From NCBI RefSeq assembly GCF_964355755.1, contig NC_092670.1, forward strand, positions 12,572,795-12,636,794: a stretch of DNA of 64,000 nt, in the 5' to 3' direction. Origin of the DNA: Antedon mediterranea. Lineage: Eukaryota; Animalia; Echinodermata. Shown here one piece after another: positions 1-18,100 of this stretch (positions are counted from its first letter, which is position 1; each line of letters opens with the position of its first letter). Under the pieces are notes generated by a model. The model saw nothing but the letters and a program-made list of their open reading frames with translations. It did not search any database and had not been told where the DNA came from. A program made the translations under genes and the position numbers.

Positions 1-102
1 TATAAATTTTATACATTTAATGATCAGTTTTTTTGGAATTGTAGGCCTATTTTAGCAGTCGAATGGGAGACTCATGAGCATGATATCAGCCTGATAAATT
101 AC

Positions 103-6214
<6,112 letters not shown>

Positions 6215-8774
6215 TTCGTTGTGTAATGACATGCAGTTACACATAAAAAACGAACCAACACTGCAAAAACAAACAAAACACCGGCACCAGCAATTTTGCT
6301 GCCCTGGATGAGGGGGTATGTCTATTTACGAAGTATGGAACGCCTCCGTAAGCTGTTTATGCAGCGATTCAATCAGTGCCTACTTCGGCTAAATCTTAAG
6401 TTAAAATGACCCAAGTAATGTAATATTTATTGCGATCCATATAAAAAAAGTAGACAGCCTAGATCGAACAATTTGTACAACAATAATACAAGAAAAATAA
6501 GTTACAATAATATGGAATAGCAGAGGATAACTCTTTAAGCTCAAGAGCTTGTTTCAGAAAGGTTCCTCAATATTAACGTAAAAAGTGTTTTAATGAACAG
6601 TTTAAACATACTGTGAAGTTAACCGATTTCGTGTAATTTTACGTGTTTTAAAAATATAAAAAAATGTTCTTTCTAAGTAAGTAGACCTTAAGTTTGCTCT
6701 TGAGTAGAGCTTAAGTTATATTAAGTTTTAATCGCCGTAGACTCAAATACATAAATCAATTAAAAAATAAAAATCTATGTCAAATGCAAACATATGTGTT
6801 TCAAATACGCCTACGATATTTGTTACGTCTTTATTTTACGTCTACCAGAATCTAGGTCGTAAATTGATGCAAGCGTTCAAAAAGTTGAAACAATTTTTAT
6901 CTCATACCGGGATGCGTAATTTTTTTTTCCAGGACGAACGTGGCCAGAAATCATGAATAATTCATGATTAATTATGACATAATAGGGAACATTATAGATG
7001 GCGCTGTATAAGAATGCAGAGAGATTAAATAATTAGTGTAAACAACGTTTGCCAACCGAAATGCTACCGGGATGTGTACGTGAACTTGTATCTGGTGTAT
7101 GACGTCATCAACGATCTCAGGGCGCTAAAATAACGGTAAAATAACAATAGCTTCTCGTCTGCAAGACAAAGGTCTTTCAAACTAGGTTATACAACTTAAG
7201 GTAAAGATCACGTAACTAAACAACCTAAGCAACAATGATATATGAGGGAAGGTCCGTCTTTTTTGGAAATAGTACCAAAGCGGGCAATGCAGGGGGTTTC
7301 TCCGTTTGAATGGAGATGATCCTATGTTGCACGTAAACCATCATTCAATGGTAGTGCGGCGTGTCCTTTTGTGACCCCTATCGACACCTGTAAGCAAATC
7401 AGATTCCCTTATTTTCAAATGATGCTATTGATTAATCATCAAGTTAGATGTTTGTTGTAATATATCGTCGACTACTCGGCATCCTAAATCAATCGCTACA
7501 GTATCTATTAAGTAGGCCTAGAATATTGCTATGAGCTAGCAATTGACAAACTGATTTAATATTTCTTTGACATCAATTTTCATAGACATTTTAAAGTGTG
7601 CTAATGAATGACATAGATTTCTACACCCCATGAGTTATTTTGAAACCATTTGTGAATCTCCAAAACTCTCTCTCTCTCTCTCTAATATAAAGTCTGTTAG
7701 TTACCTACAATAGAGTCCACAAACTTGATCAAATTCAGAGCTAAAGTGTGACTTCTGAAAACTTGTTTTCTATTTGCCAACATTTGCCATCTGGTCTAGC
7801 AAACTCTATATTTTTTGACAAGTTTTCCTACACTAGCAAACTTTACCAACTTGTTTTAGCAGTTTGTCAAAGTTTGTCAACTGGTCTAGTAAACTGTTGA
7901 CATCCAAATTCTGAGTTTTCTAACAAAAGTTTCTCACTTGCCTACACTAGCAAACTTTATTAACTTGTTTCTGCATTTTTTCAACTGGAGCGGATTACAA
8001 TAAATGTCTTAAGTTAAGCCTCATAATATATAGTCTTAGACTTAAGCTCAAAGTGAAACCCTTGGCAACGGTGGTCTAGACCATTGCAATATGAAGTCTA
8101 AACCTCCTGCTAAATAGGCAGGCTTATTACTTGTCGCACGATGCGAGCACTTGAGTTAAACACCTATTGGCCCTAGTTAGTAATATCGTGGCGAAATTAC
8201 TGCTTTAAAAACTGCTCTGTGAGCCAACTTTGAGAAATCTTTTCTGGACAAACTCCGAGTTTTGGCGATGATACACAAGAACGATTGCCGATAGTTCAAT
8301 GCTGTACAAAAGTTCAGTTGTACTTGCATGACACATGTTTAAATAGAATAATTGAAATGTACATTAGATATTAATTAATGTTCATTTTCTACATCTGTGA
8401 TTCTAGATTTATGTATTCATGACATATGATGTATGATTTGTCAGCTGATAAAATTCAGTCATAGAGATTGATGTAATTACACCCACACCAACACCAAGTA
8501 CCACCACCAGTAACCAGGACGGCGGTCGAATATTTAAACTTAGAGAAAGCTGTGACGATGACCGATTTAACCAGTTCATACTGTATTCATTTTGTACTGT
8601 AGAATAAGTCTTGTTAATACACTTTTTTATTTCATAATCATCCAACAGCACAAACTCATTAATTACAGGATGGATAAATTATTAATTTTATAGTTTATCG
8701 TGCTTTTATAAACTAAGTCTTATTTGAGGCTTAGGGACTGGAGTGGAGTTGAGTCGTGCGTTACAACCGGACAT

Positions 8775-8850
8775 GGCACTAGGCCAGGAATGAACCCTGG
8801 ACCTTGGGATTGGAAGGCAAGTACGTTAACCACAAAGCTACAGTAGCTCC
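8775..8850 (-). mobile_element. tRNA-derived SINE head
   Basis: Minus strand GGAGCTACTGTAGCTTTGTGGTTAA..GGTTCATTCC with A and B boxes; no proper acceptor stem. Confidence 0.6.
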
Positions 8851-8997
8851 ACTACATAATAATACCCTAAACAAATTTACATTATTTGCCTTGCTTCAGA
8901 CTATTTTCTTGCGAAAAAGCTGAATAGCGAGTTCAAATCCATAATCACTTCTGCGTCAGAACACATTACCTCTTAAACATCGGAGTTATATCGGAGT

Positions 8998-9070
8998 TAA
9001 AGCGGTGATCACACGATCTCCGTTTATGTACGCTCCGGTGCGTATGAACCGGGGTGTGAACACACCTTTA
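8998..9070. mobile_element. Small MITE-like inverted repeat
   Basis: TAAAGCGGTGATCACAC..GTGTGAACACACCTTTA imperfect TIR. Confidence 0.5.
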
Positions 9071-9071
9071 C

Positions 9072-9266
9072 TAAAGACCAATTTACAAAGACGGTAACGG
9101 TAAGCGGAAAAAAATATAGAATATGTGTTCTTATGATCATTTCACAAAATTCTGAGGGAGCGGACGAGCGGTTGAGGAAACCCGCAGTCAGGATAAGATA
9201 GGCCTACCGATTCTATGTTGGGAAAAGCTCGCTTTTCCCGCTAACCGTTACCGCTATTGGCCTATA
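9072..9266. mobile_element. MITE-like inverted repeat
   Basis: CGGTAACGGTAAGCGGAAAA..TTTTCCCGCTAACCGTTACCG with outer GACCAAT/ATTGGCC. Confidence 0.6.
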
Positions 9267-12200
9267 AGGGCCCTGGAGTATAGGTTTACTGAAGTGCTAC
9301 CAGCAAATCGGCGTTCCTCGTTAACCTTTCAGTGGGACCCTTAAGTTCCCCGTGAAACAAAACTTTCCAACAATTCCCTTCGTGGTTTGATGATCACAGC
9401 ATCTTTACGTATTGCTCATTATGACTAATGACGCTTAATATGATATTACAAAATCATAACTGCGTGGGAAATGCTATTACACATGTTAATTTACGACACA
9501 TTTGTCAAGCAAATACGACACGTCGATCACAATGTAACTCAATCTTAAACATAAGTGTAACTTGGACATATGTTTTACTACATTAATCATTATTAGCATG
9601 ACACTATACTTCACACCTCCAAATCAGGCGTTTTGTTAATAGCTTTAGATCGGGACGTAAGTCTGATCATAGTAGGGGCCTAGATAGAGACAAACTGACG
9701 AGAATTTCATGGTGTATCTCCGCATGGAGTCATCATTAAATCTTGATTCATGTAACAGCAGGGACAGCTCACAGTTTAGGCCTAGCTTACTTGAATGTTA
9801 AACTTTATGAGCCCCCAACATTACATTCCATTGTACGTATTGCACTTGTTTTAATTGTTAAAGAAATACACGATTTCGTATCACTTGATTTGATGATTCA
9901 CGACATGCAACCACACTGTCACTCAACTCATGTGATAAAGTATATCCTTAAAGATGTATTGTCCCTTGAAACACAAAAAAAATGAAACAAAAAATATTCT
10001 AAATATAAATTGGCCATATCAAAGTAATATTAAAGTTATTCACTTTAAGTCGAAAATTCGAGGCAAAAACAACAAGTTTACGTAAGTAACAGGTAAATTA
10101 ATTTGATTACATTTCGTCTGGAAAATCGTCACAAGCGAAAGTAAACAAATTCAAGCCATTAGTATGCATTATGCATGATGCTAATTAGGATTGTTTGCAA
10201 CTCGTCGCGGTTGGGAAGGTGTTTTCACACAGATCGCGAAGAAGTTTTATGATTATGCATACAGAGTAGCCAAACAAGCGCGTTGCATTATGAGATATGT
10301 TTTGATCGAAAACTTTGACTGGAAGTCAAAGTTATTTTTTGAACAAAAAAACGTCTGTATTTCGGTTAAATTATTTTTTTTCCCACTAATTTTTGGTGAA
10401 AGTTAATAACTATTATGATACTTCAAAATGACCCACTTTTTTCGAAATATGAAAAAAATTTGTTGAATTAGTCAAAGGGACAATACATCTTTTATGTTTA
10501 AATCATTTTAGGCCTATATTTGTTGGTTCTTTTACAGATGAGATTTGTACCTTGATCCTCCTAGCGGATGGAATCAAACCGTCGTTCCCGTTCGTTTCGA
10601 AACATTATCTTTAAGATTGCCTTGGGTGTGTCTCTTGAATAAATAGGTTGTGGTGTCTCCACCAGAGCTGCTACAACGATGTTACTAAAAGGTGGATTAA
10701 AATAAAGTCAAGAAAATAAAGTCGGATATTAAAGTATGCTATCATGTTGGGCTTGGTAAAATGTGTTTAATTTAATTTAGTGTGTAGAATGAAGTGTGTT
10801 GGTTGGAGGAGGGAGAAGACGTTTTCCACTTTTGTTCTGATGACGTCACTGTATGACTCGTAGATTTTATAAGTTTAAACTGTCCCATTTAAACTATTCT
10901 ATACCAGACTGACAAAATAAACAAATGCAACGTCATAAACATGTAGAGACCAGTTATTGGTCATTTAATTTCTGTACAATTAGATCGACGAGTAGCTAAA
11001 TCTACTCCATCTTCGACAAAGGTTCCTCTACATAGGAACCGTACTAACTACAATTGCTAGGCCTACTTATTCACCGAATGCATTTATAGCATTCACGGTT
11101 TACCTTGCAGATAGATCGAATGAAGAAAGATCGTATTAAAGATCTCTCGAATATAAAAATGACTCGGTATCTGAGCATTCCTACTCTTCCATACTATAGC
11201 TAAGCTTAGCTTAATTAACGGTAATATTTAATTAAGTGGAAGATATAATGTACTTTATAGCATGTGTCTACATTTAACTATCGATGTAGCAGGGCGGCCA
11301 ATCAGATTCAAGTCATGGTCGCAAATTAGTGATTTTCAATTAATAATTAATCCATTAAATTATAAGTTATAGACGTTATCGCTCAGTTACAATTTTTGAC
11401 CGACTCACGCGCGACCGATTGATCACGTCTGTGCCACTACTGGTGTATTGGTTAATTTCAATCTAAACCGACTAGAACTAGATGTTTTATAGTTATACTG
11501 TATATTATTTAAGAATTGTCCAAAAAGTCTCTCGTTTCAGTCATAGTTAGTTTAAAATTTCCATTTTCCAACATTTGTACAAAGTACAACTAGGTGCCAA
11601 AAGGTCCTCTTGCGAAGTAGTTTACGCATGGGAAATATACATTCGAGTCTGGCCATTGACAGTTTAGAGGTAGGCGATTTATGTGTTAGTTACTTTTTAA
11701 ATATAAACATTAAAAACACATGAACAACCCTTCAACAAACATTTTCGCTTAAATCATAATTTTGAATAACAAAATGTAGTCGTTGAAAAAATATTAAGGG
11801 ACCTTTTTCGAATCTTTTTTAGTCTACGTGGACATTAGGCCTATTTAAAATGCATCAATTTATGACGAATAATCATAGATGTTATGACGTCATTCATCAA
11901 AATGATTTTCGACATTAATGTATTGCAATACAAGAACTAGTACGTTACAATTATGGCATTTTAGTCACGAGACATTTCGACGACGCAATTTACTTATGTT
12001 GTGTTAATTAATGCATCAGTTATGACGCTGCCGTCAAAAATTTGACGCACGCGTACACAAGGCGCAGTACCATATTTGAATGCCGCAGGTACAAAGAATT
12101 ATTTCATCTGCATTTGCACGCGTATCAGATTCTGCTCAATTAATTACATATAACCCGACGACTCTCTTTCCCAACAACTATTTTTTTCTGCAGTGTTATA

Positions 12201-13386
12201 TACTCGTATAAAATATTATTACATAATTACATAAAATGGCATTTTCTAAATCTATAGCCAAGTGCATTAACCCCTAGTCACCACTAAGTACTACATTTTC
12301 TTAAATGCATAGTTTAATTATTTCATAATTGCATAGTTTGTAAATCTACTACTTAAACTAAATTAAAATAAGATTTTTAATTCTTAAAAATCTGAAAAAG
12401 TGGACGGTTCGGTTGAGGGCGCTGTAAAGCGTTCAAGGCTCTTGTTGTTACAAAAGGCACTAACACGAATATATTTGCATAAAATTACCATACATTACCA
12501 ACATAGCAATGATTAAAACTCCTGGATGCTTAAACCATGTACCAGTGATGAAACATACAATCGGTAACAGAATTGTCACTATCTATTTTGTCTATTGTTT
12601 TTACTTTTAGGTATTTGTACAATAACCAATTAAGTACATTTTCAGACAGCCATATTAATTCACAATCCAATATCAAAGATGTATATAATCCATAAATACA
12701 TTAATTATGAAACATATCACTATTGCTTTAAAACAACTAATTTAAAAAATTCAAAATGAGTAAAATCATTTCAGTATTTCCAATAAATGTTCATAATTTT
12801 TATCTTTTTGTGGAATATGACATATTTATTACAGTAATAACCCTTTTTATCCAGAAGAAACACAAATGATATGAATAATATACAAAAAATTGTTAATGAA
12901 ATGGTAACATTGTTTGAAAGTTAAGTGACCAATCTACTTAAAAAGAAAAAATGGATGAATAATTGTACTGTACATTAAAATTAAATGAAAGTACATTATG
13001 AGTGAGATATTACTAACATGTGGTAACTTGCACTTGTACAAATCATTTTGGTAGACAAACGATTTTATTTGCTAGTGATAAATCTAGTTTAATATGCATT
13101 TAATCTGTATTTAAATATCTAAACAAATATTAAACTTAAAAATACATAATTTAGTAATATCCAACGTACAATTATACCTATCAATAACCAGGCCTACCCT
13201 ACCCTTCCCTCCCTCCCAACCCCATTGCCAACTAACGTTCCCTCTCAACACTAATCTGGCTCTAATTAACATTATTAAATTCAAATTTAACATAAGTAAT
13301 GTGTCCAATTTTACATTATGAAATTCTAAAAATATTTTTTAACATAAAACATCCAATATTATTATAAATAGATTCTAGTATCATTA

Positions 13387-13518
13387 AGCTCTGTGTACAC
13401 TATCAAACTTTATGTGATGTGATGTGGCCATATATGGACATGATGATGTCATATCACTGCCATACTTTGGGTACATCACACTTTTTTTTCACACTAATTT
13501 GATAGTGTAGACAGAGCT
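13387..13518. mobile_element. MITE family A copy 3 (reverse orientation)
   Basis: AGCTCTGTGTACACTATCAAA..TTTGATAGTGTAGACAGAGCT; TTA..TTA TSD. Confidence 0.85.
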
Positions 13519-14320
13519 TTAGATTCATAATTATTAAAATATTATTTATTATATCTACTATTATTCTTATTTTAATATTATAAAATCTACATGATCGTTA
13601 TACTAACCAAATACAATAGTTAGATTTTTCTGAACAAGACGATGTTCAGCGCCAAATACAATGGCTTAAGATGAAATATAAAAACAATACGCTAAAAGTA
13701 CATGCAGTTCTGACATCTTAGTTTATTAATAAATAGTAAGTGCATATATGTAGTCTATTTTTAGACATTTACCAATCAACTAAGTACAAATATACAGTAC
13801 ACATAAAGACAGGATTTTAATATTGATTTACAGAGCTGAACTTAGATACAGCCTCCAAAAACTTTGGCATACTTTATAATACAGCGGATTTAGCGAAATT
13901 AAAACTAATAATAATAAATTTAAAACTATTGCCCAAAAAATTTATTTATACATATAGATGTCGTAGTATCTACTGCATTACAAAACATAATGCAATTTGA
14001 AATTAAGATAAAAACATCATAACAGAAATTATGGATAATATAACACAATTTCTACAAGCTTAAAAATGTATATAAAAAAATAAAAAATGTCAAAATACAA
14101 ATTTGCAAAAAAGTTATGTATCTAATATTTTTTAAAGAAGGGTGGGGTAACGATGATGAAGACTTAAAAAGGTATGGATGTGTGATGTGTCATTTTATAC
14201 AGATGGTGTTAAAATACTTGTATGTTAGTTTTTCAAATGTAGGATGCTGCCCTCTGGATCTACCACTTTTATTGATTTAAGAAATCTTGTTGAAAATATT
14301 TGTAATGATAAGAACAAGTA

Positions 14321-14477
14321 CAGTAGAACTGCTCCTGTATTACAGCATGTGCAGGGGGAAACCCCGTTCAGGGGACAACCCTATTAGCATATACAGGGGG
14401 ACACCCTATTTAGGGGATAATCATATTATCCTATAAAGGGGGTCCCAAAGGTGTCCCCTTAATAGGGATTTCTACTG
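14321..14477. mobile_element. Tc1/mariner(pogo)-type MITE in the RBM24 3' region
   Basis: TA-CAGTAGAA..TTCTACTG termini; internal AGGGGACA/TGTCCCCT repeats. Confidence 0.65.
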
Positions 14478-14861
14478 CATTACAGAAGCCATGGAATTTC
14501 TTTCAATGAATATGACAATACAAAACCTATCCAGTTACCACATTTAACAGACAGGAAAATTAAATACTCATCTAGTACTTTAAAGCGTTTTCCCTACATT
14601 CGCTCTCCTTACAAAATATTGCCTCTTTCGAAGGGACAGAATTGTTTAAATGGAATGATAGGATATGATCTGTATCTCCTATGTGGAATATTAAATAACC
14701 CTTTAGTTTAGTATCGTATAAAACTGTTCATCTCAACAAAAAAATCCCTGTTTGAAAATTAAATCTACATAATTTGTGTATCAGCTGTCTTATAATGTCC
14801 GAGAATTATTTTATCTCAACAACGCGATCAAATTTGTAATATAATTATGTAAAGCATCTTT

Positions 14862-15159
14862 TTATGGTATTCGTTCTGGTTGAACCTGTTGAGTGGCTTG
14901 ATAAGCGGGCATGGATGATACCTGTTGTTGCGGGACGGTTGTGTATCCATAACCGGGCGTTACAAAACCTTGTGTTGCGTATGCGTACTGTTCATAAGCT
15001 GCAGCTGTATTGTAGTGCTGTGATGTCGAATATGCTCCAGGGTATTCCACGAAAGGCTGTGTTGCGGTAGGACTTGCAGGTTGCTGGTACTGCAGACCCG
15101 ATTGAGAGATCAACGCCGGATGGTAATAAATGTACTGGGAAGACGGTGATTGCAGTGCT
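14862..15159 (-). CDS. RBM24: RBM24/38 terminal coding exon ([30 protein letters not shown])
   Basis: ttttacag| acceptor, TAA stop; PFVEY, AAAYEQY and GYGY match the family tail. Confidence 0.93.
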
Positions 15160-18100
15160 CTGTAAAAATAAAAATATTTAAAAATATAAATATTTGAGAG
15201 TGTACACTTTATTCAGTATGTTAAGTTAAAATGTTTTATTATAAAGTGTGAAATTTTATTTGCAGAAACTGCAGCATCATAACAATAATAATGTAACAAA
15301 TTATTAATAAATAGTGTTATATACCGGTACTTAATTCAATTTTTTTCATGAAATTAAGTTGGTGTAATTAGTGAAACACCCCATTTTTCAATAAATTATA
15401 TCATACTATATTGGTTTTTTTCCCGAAATTTAACTACTAATATATAATGTGTAAATGATTGGAATGAAAATAATATAATATTAAGTATATATTATACTGT
15501 AACTAACAGGGTTTTTGTTTTTGCTATATTGAAAGGACATTTTGGAGAAATATAAGGGAGACTATTTGGTATGTACTACCTCATATAGCCAAGATAAACA
15601 TTAAAATAGTCTCTTCCTTTTACAAAAACCATGTAAATAAAATATGATGAATTACACACAACACTGCAAGGTAAAGAAATGACTATTATTATGAAAGAGG
15701 TTGCAGTCTTATAGTAGTTTGTTGCAAACGATTATTTTCTTCTTTTTTTTCATTTAATTCTCCTTTTTTTCCTCAATTTACATATTTCCTCAGCTTTTAT
15801 TATCTAAATTTATTTTCCATTTTTATACATTTTGTATTTATTAAGTTTGCTTTTGACAATTCTTTGTCCACATTTTATCTTGTACCGTTTGGTGAGAAAC
15901 ACAAGAATCATGGTGTTTTTCTGTGAAACATGAAAAAACATAGAACATTTAAGGTTGCCACATTGTCAATAAACAATCCCGCCAGTTTCATAAAACAATT
16001 CTGTCATTTATCACATCCATTATATATCGAACATGCCACCTTTGTCCTATAATAATCTCACATTTGATCTTCAACGAAGGCTTGAATTTTAGATAATTCA
16101 ATGTTTGCTATTGCTTCTGATCAAAGACTAAAAAAAAAAACTAAATTCAACCGAGATGAAAGTGACCTTTGTCAAAAGAACAAGTTGCGAGTACATTTTG
16201 TAAACTTTATACAGAGTCGTTAAGTGGTGTCTACCCTAGTGGTTTAAAAGCCTTCTCTACGACAAATAGACTTTTCACACTGATTGTAATGTAGAAAGAC
16301 TACATACAGATTGAAACTAAATACTAGAGTTTAAATACATTACAGAAACTTTCAGACAGAATTAATAACCACATTTATACAACCACATTTTGCCATACAT
16401 ATATAAATTCTAAAATTCACACAAAGGGTGAGCACTACATACCCAATTTACAGGATGGGGAAAAACCCCATGCTTTCTAAAATACGTCTCAAGATAGGGT
16501 GTACATGATATGTTGCATTGTCTTGCCCATGAGCAGAGTCTAATTCGAACTTAGGGATTGGTAAAAGAGCATGGTAATCACCAATGTATATTTTTAACAA
16601 GCAATGTAAATGATCTTTGGCGTATACACCTTATTATGATTATTAAAATCAATTTAAAAACCGTAAACTGTAAACCGAGAGATTTATGCCACAAAATAAA
16701 CTCATAGATGTTTCAACAGGTACATAATGCAGATCACGCCCTCAGTTCAACAGTGAAAAGAAAACTGTAGGTACATAGACTCAACAAGAGGTTGGGTCAG
16801 AGGTTACACATAAATAAGTAGACAGGCCAAGCTAAGAGTGGCTCTTCTGGGGGTCTTATAGGGCAAATACAACCAATAAGGTCAAAGGCAAAGTCTTCGC
16901 AAACGTGCAGTATAAATCGTACAACTTGCTATCTTGAAGGAAAAAAAACTAATATAGTCATAAATTTACATCTTGAGAAAATACAGTAATGACAACAAGT
17001 GTAGGGTATAACACAAACTAAACCTAAATTACCTAAAATTCTAATAAAACGGTGAAAATAAAGAATGAAATATTATCATTGCTATCATGTAGCCCTATCA
17101 AAAATAAATATACAGGTGACAAAGAGGGTTCGAAATTCCAAGTACACTTAAATTGCTACAATTGTGAAAAATGGGGAAAACAAATTGAAATGTCTGCTTT
17201 AACTCACATACCTTACAGTAATCACTTTAGTACAGGCGACTAGAAATTAATTACAGTATAAAAAAAAGCAGAGGAAAGGAATGATGTTTGGAGTGAGTTG
17301 ATAAAAAATTGGAAGGAATCATAAATAACTTAATTTAATTTAATAAAAGATACGAATTAATCTCTAAATAAATACCAAATTAAGATCAAATCTCTGTTAG
17401 TGTATGGCAAAAGACAGATGCAGAGGCCAATGTCATTAATGTCATTCTAATGTTTTATTTTGTTATTAATTGTATGTTTTAAAGGACTTAGACTAAGTGT
17501 ATATGATTTTATTTAAACAATGTTATATTTTGGTTTTATAGTGTATTTTTAAACGTTAGTTGTTTTTATATAAAAATAGACCATGGTGCACCTTTTAATC
17601 TTTGTAATTTTATGAATTTACTAACCAGTAAACATACTATAAAATCTAACCAATGAAACAAGAGTGTTGTACATTCATTTTATTTAAACAGTGTTTTATT
17701 AGGCTATTTGCAGTGTTAAATTATACTATAGTAGTACATAAATTATATTGAATCCCTTTAGACAGTTGATGACTGAAAATTAAACTTTCTTGAACCCTAA
17801 AAACTTGTATGACCTTTGAACCTGAAAACGGTGCAAAACCCACACATTTAGCCAATAAAATTGTGTTTTTATATTTAAACCTGTCAGACTACTGTCTGGT
17901 ATATAATAAAACTATAATATGTAACATAAATAAAATAAAAATTAATACAAACAATGTTTTCAATGACAAAAAATACCAAAATATAGAAAATAAAAACATT
18001 TAAAGATATTGTAGGAAAAAAAGAAGAAATAAAATTAAAATGGGCAAGACACATACATTAACAAGCAAAACTGACAATAGATGGGTAGATGTGGGATGAG

